This document shows, piece by piece, positions 15,430 through 28,041 of a stretch of DNA of 64,000 bases. The position numbers and the translations under genes were made by a program. Source of the stretch: Ostrea edulis. Its lineage: Eukaryota. The notes under the pieces are model-generated. The model worked only from the letters and a program-made list of their open reading frames with translations, searched no databases and was not told the DNA's origin. Position 1 is the stretch's first letter. Every line of letters starts with the position of its first letter. The stretch is from assembly GCF_947568905.1 (NCBI RefSeq), contig NC_079168.1, forward strand, positions 33,728,001 to 33,792,000. Direction: 5' to 3'.

Positions 15430-15535
15430 TACATGCATTTAGAAAGTTGCTCCCATCACTGTGGGTGTTGTTATATACTTCGATCAAATGGAGGGTGTTG
15501 ACTTGAGCGATTGGTCGAGGGTGTTTGAGTGATTG

Positions 15536-15985
15536 GTTTGTTTTGTTAAATGTTTTGGGGAGGGGGATATATCGGAAATAACAGATCTTCGTCCCACTTT
15601 GTGTTTTGTTAAATGTTTTGGGGAGGGGGATATATCGGAAATAATGGATCTTCGTCCCTCTTTGTGTTTTGTTAAATGTTTTGGGGAGGGGGATATATCG
15701 GAAATAACAGATCTTCGTCCCTCTTTGTGTTTTGTTAAATGTTTTGGGGAGGGGGATATATTGGAATTATACGGATCTTCGTCCCACTTTGTGTTTTGTT
15801 AAATGTTTTGGGGAGGGGGATATATTGGAATTAACGAATCTTCGTCCCTCTTTGTGTTTTGTTAAATGTTTTGGGGAGGGGGATATATATCAGAATTAAC
15901 AGATCTTCGTCCCACTTTGTGTTTTGTTAAATGTTTTGGGGAGGGGGATATATCAGAATTAACAGATTTTCATCCCACTTTGTGT
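15536..15985. repeat. Minisatellite, 63-bp unit, about 7 copies
   Basis: ttttgttaaatgttttggggagggggatatatcggaaataacagatcttcgtcccactttgtg repeated. Confidence 0.95.
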
Positions 15986-17942
15986 CACAACAAGATGTAG
16001 TTAATAGTGTCAATGTCCTAGAACCAAGGTCAGTTTGTTTAGCTATAGGTCAAGGACAAGAAGCAGGTTGAATGTGCTCTTCAGAGGGTATGATAGTCCT
16101 AAAACAGCTCCTGAGTATATGTTATGAGGTCATTGGATGGTCTGCACGCTCCATTGAGCAGAAAACTGTCTGCGGTATTAGTACATAAACATGCTTTGAA
16201 TCCCAAGCAAATTTTGAATGATAATTCCACTCTCTTTCTGTATAAGGATCGATGTTGTACTGTTAAATCTAATCCTCAGATCCATCTCCATGTTTTTTAT
16301 GAATTGAAGTTCCACTTAACCTGTTGCACTTTTAGGGGTCATTAAACTTTGAAAAATACATCGATATAGAAAAGATTAAATGAGAATCAGTACAAACATC
16401 AAATCATTAAAGGACAATTAGATTTATCTTGATGAGATGCAGAGACATTCACAAGCTTTTTTGTCAATGTCTACATTAACATTTTTTTGTGCAAGGTAAA
16501 AGGAGAAATTAAATCTTGATAATGCATTCATAACATTTCGAGTTCACATCTATTCTGCTTGAGAATGCAAGGCAAGTTCTTGCACCCCTCACATTTACAT
16601 GCTAACTTGTCCATGAACAATGAATAAAATTCCATGCACAGTTTAAGTATAGTATATATGTACTCAGTCACCAGAAGTGTATTTTGGTGAATGGAATGGA
16701 TCTGAGGTAATGTGGGGTTACAATCTGATTAACTGCAATGCGATCACACAAGGAACCCAAAACCAAGTGAATAAACATATTTTTAGTTTGTTGTTGAAAA
16801 TTTAAAGCAATCAATATTCATGTGTTTTGGTGCAAGATGTATGTGTTTTTCAAGGTGACATTCATTCTTGTATGTTCTATGTCAAGTTGTCCTTGGTGGT
16901 ATTACTATGAACACACAGTTCATGACTATAGATATATATGATAATTTCCAACACTATATATACTTACAGTTTTTCAAAAAAGCTAATTTTTTAAGGGGGA
17001 GATTTCAATTTGTAAATGATTGTATCATACTATGTTTGTGTCAAAGAATTTTTTAAACACATCCAGACATCAAGTGTTTTTGTTGAAACATTTTATTAAA
17101 GTACTTGTATGTACACTAAACATTAATTTTCATTGAAGACTGCATGCATTCTCCTTGTTTTTCCATCTGTCGGAGAGTTCACTGCTCTGTATTACAATAA
17201 ATTATTCAATTAGAATAAAGTCCACTTAGTACAGTGTTCCTAGGAGGATTTTTGAATTTATTTATTTTATTGACTGCCAAAGTTGGGCATCGATGTCATT
17301 TTTCTTTGTAACGATGAACAAAGATATGAGACTACGTCTCTTTGCTGCCCCGCATTGTCTACAATATAGGGCAACTATTTTCATTTGATATAGTTATTGT
17401 GTGGAAGCTGAGACACTAAAAGTGTCAATTTTATGGGTATAGAAAGACTTAGCTATATATGCTAAAAGTAGACTACCCTAGACCTTGTTTATATGCAGTG
17501 TGTTAGTGAGCACATTCACCAATACAAGTATATATTTATATTACAAATCGCATTTTCCCATGAACCAACCAATTTCAGCATGCGACACAATCTGTTCATA
17601 TTGACTATGAACGGATTATGAACTAGTTTAAAGCACGCGACTGAGAGAGCGTAATGATTTGAAAAAATATAACATGTGTTACAAAGATCTCGCAAGTCAC
17701 ACCTCGGATTAAGATTGTGAACTTACATGGATTATCATACCAATCTTGCGGTCTCCTACCTCCAAAATACGATGCACTGTGTAATGTTGATAAAAGGCAG
17801 GGTGAGACAAAGTGTGACGTCATGTCTATGCATGTGTTGATGTATGTCACAATAACTACTGTGACAGAGGCTAGGAGTTCGTTTTATGTAACAAAATAGA
17901 AGCAATGTAAAGAAACGGTGTTTTAGTAAATGAATATAAATA

Positions 17943-18108
17943 TAAGAAATGAACAGCACTTTAGAGCTGTTCATGGTCGATATAAACGGATTTGAATTTG
18001 AGGCAAATTCTCTGTGAATCGCTAGCGTGATTTACAGAATTTGCCTCAAATCCAAATCCGTTCATATGGACCATGAGCAGCTCTAAAGTACTGCATGTTC
18101 ATTTCTTA
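17943..18108. mobile_element. Fold-back (hairpin) element, about 80-bp imperfect arms centred on gctagc
   Basis: gaacagcactttagagctgttcatggtc..ggatttgaatttgaggcaaattct mirrored by agaatttgcctcaaatccaaatcc..gaccatgagcagctctaaagtactgcatgttc. Confidence 0.75.
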
Positions 18109-19799
18109 AATATTCAGTTTGCTGCATTTTCAACATGCAATCATATCTGCTAATAATCTCTCACAAGAATTAGTTTCAAAATTATTTCCTCTCTTATATG
18201 AATTGGGTGGATTAATTGATGTATTTCGAATTATGAGTTTAGAAATTGACACAATTCCTGTCATACTAACATGTAAATACGGAACTTTTGGGATGTGCCG
18301 GAACGACCAATTACATTTGACTTTTATACACCACAGTCACGTGATAATAACCAATTGTAGGGCAAAGTTGACATCTATACAAATGGTGTTTCGCTAGCCG
18401 ACGGTCCGTAAAGAGCTATGCACAGTCCTACGATGAAGATCCAAGTCACTACTGGTGCTTAGTACCTAGTTGTAAATTAGATGGAAGGGAAAATGTGCAA
18501 TTTAGACGCGTATCATTGGATGCAAGGCATGAAGTTTTACCGATATCCTAAGGATATTCCCTAGATTTATCTCCCTCGCCAAACCACATAATTCAATCAA
18601 ACGCATTTTCCTATAAAAATGGTTGCAGTGATTCCTTTCTTTCAAAGATCGCATTTAAATGCAGGAATTTGATAGCAATTGAAATATTCCATGCTTGTTT
18701 ATTTACTGTTATTGTAATCCGGAAGTGACATGCCCTACAAATTACGTTCAACGCGCGATAAAAGTCAAAGTGGATCCATATCTCGAAAGTCCCGTATTAG
18801 GAAATGCCCACCAAAATTATGGAGTAGAGTGTGCATGTAGACCGCGATATGAAATTATCATATGCCTGCCAATATGATGTAAAGCAGAATTACATGTAGA
18901 CTGTGATCTGAAATGATAGAAAATGTACGTAATCAGTACAAACATGTTATGTTATGTTGCTTTTACCTGTCCCTCTCGTGACTTAGTAAAGGGTTAAAGT
19001 GCTCCAATCTTAAATTTGTTGTTTCCACGTCAGGTATTTTTATGATAGTTTCTTCTTTTATCATGTTTTTGTTTAAAAGACTAATCTATCAATTGATACG
19101 AGACATTTATCCTTGGCCCCCATGAAAATTCGGGTTTTCCTGCACTGACAACTTCTGACATGTGCGTCGCATGAATTTGACACAGTGTAAAGTTGTGCAC
19201 TCCACAACTGTTGTTGGTATAGGAGCTAGGGTTTCCTGACAGTTGAAAAATGCTGATTTAATGACAAGTAATACTTTATAATGGAATTGATGCTAAAACA
19301 ATGATCAAATTGAAAATAAGTTATTCCAAATTTATAGCAAAAACTTTCATTGATGCGCTGAGTAACTCATCCCATAATCATCATCTGAAAATTATTCCGA
19401 GTCTATGATAATGTGTTATACTGGTATCTTAATTTCATCTTTAAGAAATGGGCTTCTATTGGCTGATAAATATAGACAATGGCTCTTCAGTGCGAAAGCA
19501 ATTCAAAGTTTTTGATCATGATTGAAAACTTCCTCCTTTGAATATTCAGTGCCATCGCGTCCATCTACTGTATCGTAACATGATAAATATAGTGAAGTTC
19601 ATGCACTGCTCTGGTGTAATAGATTCATATCAACATGCAAAATAGTGTACTTCATACAATGTTTTACCAGGTTCTGCACATGAACATCAGTGAAATATAG
19701 TATGTTGCTATAGTTAGCTGGATAAATATCCTTATGTAACCTTGAATAGAAGAAGTTTTCATTCAGATTGCATTATGCAGGTCTTTATTTCTTTTGCAG

Positions 19800-20369
19800 G
19801 TATGATATGCGAAGATGTTGATATTCGTAATGACGTGAATGGATTTGCTGAGTTAGAAAACTGTACTGTGATCGAGGGAAACCTGAAAATTCTTCTTATT
19901 GAAGGGGCTTCACACCAACAGTATGAAAATCTCTACTTCCCTGACCTGGTGGAGATTACAGAATTCTTTCTCTTGTATCGCGTCTATGGATTAAAGAGTT
20001 TGAGAAATATATTTCCCAACTTGTCCATCATTCGTGGACACAAGCTTTTCTTCAACTTTGCTTTGGTGGTGTTTGAGTTGATGGACTTGGAGGAGCTGGG
20101 TTTGATTGGCTTGACTACCATAGAACGAGGTGCAGTTAGGTTTGAAAAGAACCCTATGCTATGTTACATTGATACCATCGATTGGACCAAAATCGCTGTA
20201 GGTGTTCAGGGAATGGGTGAACATTATTTCAAAAGGAACAGAATTGCTAAGGAGTGTGTAGACGTGTGTCCAAGTGGATGTGCCAGTACTCCGATAATCG
20301 CAGCCTCCGGGGAGGTCGGCAAGGATCAGAAGAGATGCTGGACCAGATCACACTGCCAAAAGATGCTCA
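19800..20369 (+). CDS. InR: InR exon: L1 domain and start of Cys-rich region (570 nt, phase 1-1)
   Basis: Acceptor ttcttttgcag, donor gtaagt at 20370. MICEDVDIRNDVNGFAELENCTVIEGNLKILLI...NLSIIRGHKLFFNFALVVFE...CWTRSHCQKML, equivalent to INSR exon 2. Confidence 0.96.
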
Positions 20370-20411
20370 GTAAGTAGACATTTTTATTTTGGGGGCTGAG
20401 AAATATGGTTT

Positions 20412-20651
20412 ATACCCATTACATGTACAAGAAACTATGTTATTCCATACCCATTACATGTACAAGAAACTATGTTATTCCATACCCATTACATGTACAA
20501 GAAACTATGTTATTCCATACCCATTACATATACAACAAACTATGCTATTCCATACCCATTACATGTACAACAAACTATGCTATTCCATACCCATTACATG
20601 TACAACAAACTATGCTATTCCATATCCATTACATGTACAACAAACTATGTT
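20412..20651. repeat. Minisatellite, 35-bp unit (cccattacatgtacaagaaactatgttattccata), about 7 copies, starting about 40 nt after the L1 exon donor
   Basis: Period 35 checked directly. Confidence 0.93.
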
Positions 20652-21840
20652 AATCCAGCTGGGTTTTTCCGTGGGTAAATGTTTTTCCTTTACCAGTGGT
20701 ACAAATCTTTCTTGTGTGAAGAAAACTGGGACCCCTGCCATTAATGAATTTCAATGTGTGAATGATTAATGCATTTGCCATTTATCAAGTGACTTATAAT
20801 GACTTCATTTTCAAAGATTGGGACATGCATGTATATTCTTTTTGGCCTGTAATGTCAGTTGACCTTTTAGCAACTTGTATTTAGTGACCTGGAAGGTCAA
20901 GGTGAAATCTTTGTGCCAGCTAGGTCAACAGGAAAGGTTAAATTTGTCATTATAGAATTAACAGCTACAGTTGGGGGACACATTCTTTTACAAACATACC
21001 TTCTAAATTACACTGGTTACCTTGGAATTCCAAACATTCATCTGTTTGTCCAAATGGGCTGTTGAATGACTTTTTCTCATCGCTTTGGTTTTAAGTATTT
21101 GAAAATTATCACGCAGCATATATTTTCTTTTTGTTAACAGAGTGCATGTATCTTTCTGTTTCTTAACAAAATACATATACATTCTGTTTCATAACAAAAT
21201 ACATGTACTTTCTGTTTCTTAACAAATTATATGTACTTTCTGTTTGTAAACATGTTGGTTTGTTAAGAGAGTATCAAACATTAGCACTCATACATATATA
21301 TACTGCTTAGCAGATTATATGAGGGAGACTGGGAGATATTCATGAAATGAGAGGTCTATGTGGTGTTTAAGTCAGTTCTATCCAGTACGTACGTTGCATG
21401 GTTTTTTCTAGAGATATCATAGATTAGAAATGACTGGAATTTTAACTGTGTCTACAACTGTTTTTGTTTTAAATACCTCCCTACTAACAGTTAATTGAGA
21501 AAATTCTAAATCTTATATTTCATGACTGAATTAGGAAGAGTAAATATATGTACTTTTTTGTGATTTGCCACATCATTGAAGACAATTAAGATTGTAAACT
21601 CCTCACTAATCTACATCTAAAAGAGGTAATATATATACATGACTGGTACGTGATTTCATTCAACCCTTAGTAATGCACAAAAGGTGACAAATTGACATTT
21701 CTGATTTTGTGGGAATATTTGTGTTCGATAAAGCTCTATCACTAGATATATATGTGTTCTACTACAGTACACAACTATTCATAATTTATGCACTTGATCT
21801 ACATAGTAATCAAATACTCTTTGTTTTAGAATTTGTAAAG

Positions 21841-22045
21841 CAGAAATGTTGTTAGGACTTACTATACTGATACAATTCCAAAGCAAGCCATGCAGTCACT
21901 TACAATCAGAAATGTTGTTAGGACTTAATATACTGATACAATTCCAAAGCAAGCCATGCATGCAGTCACCTACAATCAGAAATGTTGTTAGGAATTCATA
22001 CACTATACTGATACAATTCCAAAGCAAGCCATGCAGTCACCTACT
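21841..22045. repeat. Tandem repeat, about 66-bp unit, 3 copies
   Basis: cagaaatgttgttagga..ctatactgatacaattccaaagcaagccatgcagtcac repeated three times. Confidence 0.85.
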
Positions 22046-22112
22046 ACTATCTACAGTAGTTGAGCTGGAACCTTTGAATCATCCTTTATTTGTGGCATTT
22101 TGAATGAATATA

Positions 22113-22415
22113 CAGTGAAACTTCTCCAAACCGGCCCCTCAGAAAACCGGTTCTCCCTGAATATCGGCCGATTTTCAGTTTAAAATTAGGTGATTTCAGC
22201 GAGAATATTTCATGTAATTCATAATTACCTGTAGGTACAAGCGAACTAATTTAATTTCCACCGATAATTGATCATAGATCAAAGTGAACAGTACCTACTT
22301 TGTGAATATTGAGATAAAACGTCTATAATTGCTAAGTTCTCGGTATACCGGCCATCCCTCTAAACCGGCCATTTTTTCCGGTCCGAGAGCCGGCCGGTTT
22401 AGAGAAGTTTCACTG
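22113..22415. mobile_element. Tc1/mariner (pogo/Tigger-like) MITE
   Basis: TIRs cagtgaaacttctccaaaccggcc / ggccggtttagagaagtttcactg with TA target-site duplication. Confidence 0.88.
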
Positions 22416-23541
22416 TATATAGATTAAATTCAGTTCTTCTCCAGAAGGCTGAAATGGTTTTCTGGCTTCTGAGTGTTGTTACAGTCCTGAAATTCTAGCT
22501 GTTACACAGTGTACACTATTATTATTGTTGTTACATTCATGAAATTTATGATGAAGTGAGGTACATTTGAATAAATTCATGTGTATATGTAAACTGAAGG
22601 AAATTGTCTCCATGCATTCTCAGTGCCTGGCTTAATTGAATACATGAATGAAGTTAATCTCCAATTACCATACAAAATGACAAATTGTAAGTAGCAACTA
22701 ATTAGATGAATGGGGAAAGAGTATGTGTTTATAGGATGAAATAAGTCCTTGGTATATATACGTTAAATATAGAAAATTTCACATTCATTCCAAAGCACTT
22801 TTGCCATACTGCTCTTCCGTGGAATTTGAAAAAAAGCAGTTTGAAAATTTGAAAAACAACTTTTTGCATCCTTGTTTTTCAAATTCCAAAAATTGACTCA
22901 GAGCCATAAGGCTAAAGCATTTTGGAATATATGTGAAATCATGAACTGCATTCTCTCTTTCTCCCTTGTTCTCAAACTCGATGGTGCCAAGAAAAAAAAT
23001 TTGAAATATCCTAGGGTTTGGGATATTGCGGGTCAAATACCTAAAGAAAATGCAGTTTCAACTTCCAACCCATTTCAACATATCCATGGTATTCGAGATA
23101 TCGATGTTCAAGATACTTAAAATTCAACTGTATGTATACTTCAAGTTATGTATTTGGACTCTTGGCACTTTTTACATACAGAGACATTGTGGTTAAAAAA
23201 AAAGACAAAGCGAGGGAGTATAAAAGGGTATTTATCAATCTAAAATTACCTATATTTCTTAAAATGTTAGTCTTTTAGGTCTTTTAAAAGTGGATGGAAC
23301 CAGCAATGATTTACTGAGATATATATTTTATATTGCCCTGTGAGTAAAGAATATAATTTAATTGAAATGAAACAACAAAATTTGCAAATATTTGATTCGA
23401 TATACCATTATTTTAAATTTGTAATGTTTGTATTATATTTAACCATTTTATAGATATTGTATTGAATAAAATTTACCGTAGTTTTTCATGTATATAACTG
23501 CTTATTGTTTGATGTCATGAAAAAACTGCATGTCTAATAGA

Positions 23542-24365
23542 TTAAGGATGTATGATACACCAGAGAAATTTGATATGGATGAAAAATGGAGGATATTACA
23601 ACAATATTTTGAAATTGAAAACTTTCAAATTTACTTTATTTAGTCAAAAAATACAGTTTTAGTAGAAAGCAATCTGAAAAAAATTTAAAACCCCTGCTGG
23701 ACTCGAACCCATGCAGTCAATGTGCTAACCTACTGAGCTACTCAGTTAGACGATGATTTTTGAAATGAAAAGACAAATTACGTACATCTTCACAAGTCAA
23801 GGGTTATTGATTCGTTACGTCGCACTAACCCTTGACATCAGTCAGGGTTAGGGTATTGAGTTGGGCTCAGACTGATAAGTTCCACAACAGAGCGGGAACC
23901 AACGAGAATGCGGTTCTATTTTTAACAACGCGAATCGGCCAGAAATTAAAATAAAAACGTGTGTATTGATACCTACAGTTATGGCTATTTCAATCGTTTA
24001 AGCAATATTGTTTGAAACAAAAAAGGTTTCTAAACTTGATCTTAACTACCAATGAACGTAATTAGTGGTGTAAATATAACAATTCTGCGTGTTTATCAAT
24101 ACAGCAGTATGAGATCGCGTCATTTGTATCCATGTACAGCATAACAAGATGCAGTTATTTCATTGGATGTTTTATTTATAGTGGATTGCGTAATAGTCTA
24201 ATGAACCCAACTTTTATATAGCGACTGATGTCAAGGATTAGTGCGAGGTTCGAATCAATAACCTTTGGCTTGTGAAGATAAACAAACATTGCTGATATTT
24301 ATATTTTCATCATCCATGTTTTAAAAGGAAGTCGGCCATTATGATGATGTAGAGTACCTCCTTAA
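23542..24365. mobile_element. TTAA-flanked non-autonomous DNA element (Kolobok/piggyBac-like termini), interrupted by a nested MITE
   Basis: Starts ttaaggatgtatgatacaccagag, ends gatgtagagtacctccttaa; colinear with the uninterrupted copy at 27721-28041. Confidence 0.7.
23785..24280. mobile_element. MITE with about 58-bp TIRs nested in the TTAA element
   Basis: atcttcacaagtcaagggttattgattcg..gcactaacccttgacatcagtc / gactgatgtcaaggattagtgc..cgaatcaataacctttggcttgtgaagat; absent from the second host copy. Confidence 0.8.
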
Positions 24366-24730
24366 GGTATCGTCGTGTGCGGGTCTAATTTTTTTTCGTA
24401 TGGGGGTTGGGGGGTTGCAATTGGGTTAAATAGTTTCATAGTAAAGTCTACAACTGAACAGTGAAATCTACATTTAAAAAAAACATTTAACAAAAATAGT
24501 AATGTCGGTTAGGGTTGTCAAGGAGACGTGTCCCCACACCAAGTTAGCTAGGATTACAGTAATACATTTATATTACTAATTTTTTTCAGTGTCCTCAGCC
24601 AATGAAATTTTGGGTTATAAGTATATATAAATATTACTATTTTCTCTTTGTCTCTCATCTATCTCTCTCTCTCATCTATAAGTTAACAACATTTATTTGA
24701 GGAAATACTCACGGTAAGGGTTAGCTGCAA

Positions 24731-25522
24731 TAATGTAGCCCTCTCCGATTTTTTTGTGTGGGAGAGGTCTACAACTCCTTAGGATCTCTATAATGGTGCA
24801 AATGCGGGAGTGATTGACCCTCGCAACATTTTCGATCAGTCTAAACATTTGCTGACTTTCTTACGTAAATAAAATGATATTCTATGTTTCTTAGTCAATA
24901 CATAAATTTACAACCTGCAACTTACGATTTGTGAGGCTCTATTCTACCGTTTTTAAGAATTTCGATACATTCCAATTTCTTGATTCATATTTGTGCGCGA
25001 TGTTTGATGTACTGAAGTTTCAACTTCCGATTGTCAAGTTATTTGCATATGCAATACAAGGTAGTATTTACATCAATGGATGAGTATGGAGGTTAAAGCT
25101 ATTTCGTCGGTATTGAAAAGATTTAAATTTAATACCAAGTTAAAAAATGAACAGCAGAGTGTAAATTCTTTCTGCAACCATATGATTTTCCTTTCTTTGT
25201 CGGAATGGCTTGAGTAACTACATTTTCGCGCTGATTGTCAATGTTTAGATTTTTCGGTTGATCCACCTACGGGATCTTGCGATAACAAGCATGGCGGAGC
25301 AAATGAAGAATTTTGTGTGCTGTTCATGATGTTTAATGAATAATACCTTTATTAGACATGCCTGAACACAAAGTTGGTACTTCTTTTAGTGTATAAACAA
25401 CATAATACATGGAGCTTATTATCGGTTATTCATTAAATTATTTTGCACCATTGCGGAGATCCTATGGAATTGTTACGCCTTATCCGGAAAACGCCAGAAT
25501 AAAAAAAAATAGGGTAGTGCTA
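24731..25522. mobile_element. Degenerate TIR element (MITE/non-autonomous DNA transposon)
   Basis: Left tgtagc..acaactccttaggatctctataatggtgcaaa matches the reverse complement of right tttgcaccattgcggagatcctatggaattgt..gctaca. Confidence 0.6.
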
Positions 25523-26121
25523 CATAATTAGAGCTAGGTAAGGGTTAAGTTTTTTGCTCCAAATATTGTAAAAATACATACAAAAGTCTATTTCAAAGTT
25601 TTGCAGATGTAACATATCATTTATTTACAAATGATGTTGAATTCCTTAGTAAGTGTAACTGCAGGTGCTGAAAGTCTCTCGATCAAGCTGGGCTATTTTT
25701 AAGACTGTCATTACAATAAATTCATGAAGATGTGGACTAAGCAGTACTCTGATTTACCTAACAGAACACACGGGTTTCTAAATGAATTTTATAATAGCTT
25801 CCAGTGTTTGTAAGGGAATTAGATTTAGTTGGCAGACACCCATATGACCTTACATCTCTAACACCTTCCACATTGTTCTTTAGGGTTAATATTTAATGCA
25901 ATTTTGATTCTTTCAAATTGGGTTACTTCATTTCTGGTGCATGTATCATCTTTTGTGAACTTTCAAGGTCAATGGACATTGTTCAGCATCTGTCTAAAAT
26001 GCTTGCTTGTTTTTTTTTTTAATTTCAACAAATAAGTTTTGCATTATCTTTTGGTAGAGAGATTAAAGTGTCTGGAAATGAAGGGTGAGTGCCATTCCAA
26101 GGAGAAATGTAAAAAGAAATC

Positions 26122-26428
26122 AGCCATGCAATGTAGAACTAGTACTGAAGATAGGGCAAAACATTTTTAATATAAGCCATACAATTTAGAACTAGTACTC
26201 AAGATAGGGCAAAACATTTAATATAAGCCATACAATGTAGAACTAGTACTCAAGATAAGGCAAAACTTTTAATATAAGCCATACAATGTAGAACTAGTAC
26301 TCAAGATAGGGCAAAACTTTTAATATAAGCCATACAATGTAGAACTAGTACTCAAGATAGGGCAAAACATTTAATATCAGCCATACAATGTAGAACTAGT
26401 ACTCAAGAAAGGGCAAAACTTTTAATAA
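26122..26428. repeat. Minisatellite, about 51-bp unit, 6 copies
   Basis: gccatacaatgtagaactagtactcaagatagggcaaaacttttaatataa repeated. Confidence 0.93.
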
Positions 26429-26862
26429 TAAAAAAAACCCACAGTTCATATTTTTTTTATTTGAAACTCAATAAGTAATTTCCTTGTTAAAGCAGCATTT
26501 CCCAAACTTGTGAGGCTAAGAATTTAATGGACCCCTTCAGAGACTTGTACGGTCATGAGGTGAGGCTAAGAATTTACTGCAGAGACTTGTATGGTCATGA
26601 GGTTATTACTGAATGGACCCCAGAGATGGAATCCCTCTGTCCATGGACGAAATTTTGTCCAGAGATTTTCTCATCACAACTGATTGATTTTATTCAAGAC
26701 TTTTACCTCGTGAACCTGGTATTTACAGATTGATGCAATAAGTTAAAATATGGCTAACTTAAGAAATACTTTTTAAAGGTATCTCTAATTATTAGATAAA
26801 ATATTTTTAGGACTGACAGACAGTATAGACAATGGAAATGACTTAGTTGAAATAATATAGTA

Positions 26863-27455
26863 ATTATACCCTTTTTCATATTCCACCATAATTCAGTTTC
26901 CATTCATTATCTCTGCTATGGATGCACAAATTCATTTGAAATTAGGTATATTAAGATTATGAGAATATCCATGTCAAGTTCTTATTTAGTTTTGGTTGAA
27001 TAATTTTTGTGGAGTTGTGATACTTTATTAGACTTGAACTAAAACAATTCACAGTTTCCACTCATCTTTATCTCAGTCATAAATGGACATTTTGAATTGA
27101 AATTCAGGATATAGATATGTCACGTGTGTTACATGTATTAGGTTATAAGGAGAAGAACCCGTAAGCTAGCTGTATGAACTTGCTTCTGATCCCTTTGTAT
27201 ATATTATATACAATGAAATACCTTCAAATCAAATCAATGTCACAAGAATACACAGTTCAAGTTTTAAGTTAGGTCAGGTAATTTTTGGCAGAGTTATGCC
27301 CCTTGGAGAATGAAAAAAGTCAAACTACTCAGTTTTCACTCATTATCTCAGTCACACAAGGCCATATGGGATATAGAGATAATTATATGTATCATGAGAA
27401 TTGAGTACAGGTTCTCTCAGACAGCTTTTAGCAGAGTTATGGCCCTTGGGAAGAG
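26863..27455 (+). mobile_element. Degenerate Helentron/HINE-type element with satellite-like internal repeats
   Basis: Repeated cagtttccactcattatctc...gagttatg(g)cccttgg motifs, related to those at 33.8-34.1 kb. Confidence 0.55.
27124..27236 (+). mobile_element. 5'-truncated retroposon 3' end with (TCAAA)n tail and 7-bp TSD
   Basis: Ends aatgaaataccttcaaatcaaatca; flanked by atgtcac at 27117-27123 and 27237-27243. Confidence 0.6.
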
Positions 27456-27720
27456 GAATTTGTGATGCTCCATTGTAACGTTACACATCTAGTTTTATAC
27501 TGAATTTTTGAAGCTGCATTTTAGAAATCCAGAGATATAAGACTTGAATTATGCACAGAAAAACTAATGTGATGGAAATCAAAGGTTTTTATAAAGGGTA
27601 GATTTGTACCTCTCGGCAGGTCTTACCCTAAAAAATTTCCAGAGACTGAGAGTTGACAGATTTACTGCTAAACTAACAGATATATTATCAGATATCTTCA
27701 GTGGTGTCCATATGTTTATA

Positions 27721-28041
27721 TTAAGGAGGCATGCTACACCAGAGAAATTTGATGTAAATGAAAAGTGGAGGATACATGTATGTACAACAATATTTTGAAG
27801 TTGAAAAGTTTTAAATTTATGTTGTTAAAAGATTCAGTTTTAGTAGAAGATAATCTGGAAAAAAATTAAAACCCCTGCTGTACTCGAACCTGTGACCTAC
27901 AGTTCAGCAATTGGTATGCTAACCTGAGCTACGCGGCTAGGTAAATTGAAAAGAAAAAGTCAAATATTGCTGATATTGATTTTTTTCCTCCTTGTTTTTA
28001 AAGGAAGTCAGCCATTATGATGATGTAGAGTACCCCCTTAA
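27721..28041. mobile_element. TTAA-flanked non-autonomous DNA element (second, uninterrupted copy) carrying a tRNA-like segment
   Basis: ttaaggaggcatgctacacc ... gatgtagagtacccccttaa. Minus strand 27872-27938 reads agccgcgtagctcagg...ggttcgagtacagcagggg (A/B-box-like). Confidence 0.7.

Noticed and set aside
15533-15802. ORF with 21-aa repeats (CFVKCFGEGDISEITDLRP)
   Set aside because: Translation of a 63-bp minisatellite; no start or splice context.
20389-20769. Overlapping ORFs after the L1 exon
   Set aside because: Produced by the 35-bp minisatellite in intron sequence.
27872-27938. Functional tRNA gene
   Set aside because: Degenerate stems with no clear anticodon arm, and it lies inside a repeated element; treated as a tRNA-like remnant.
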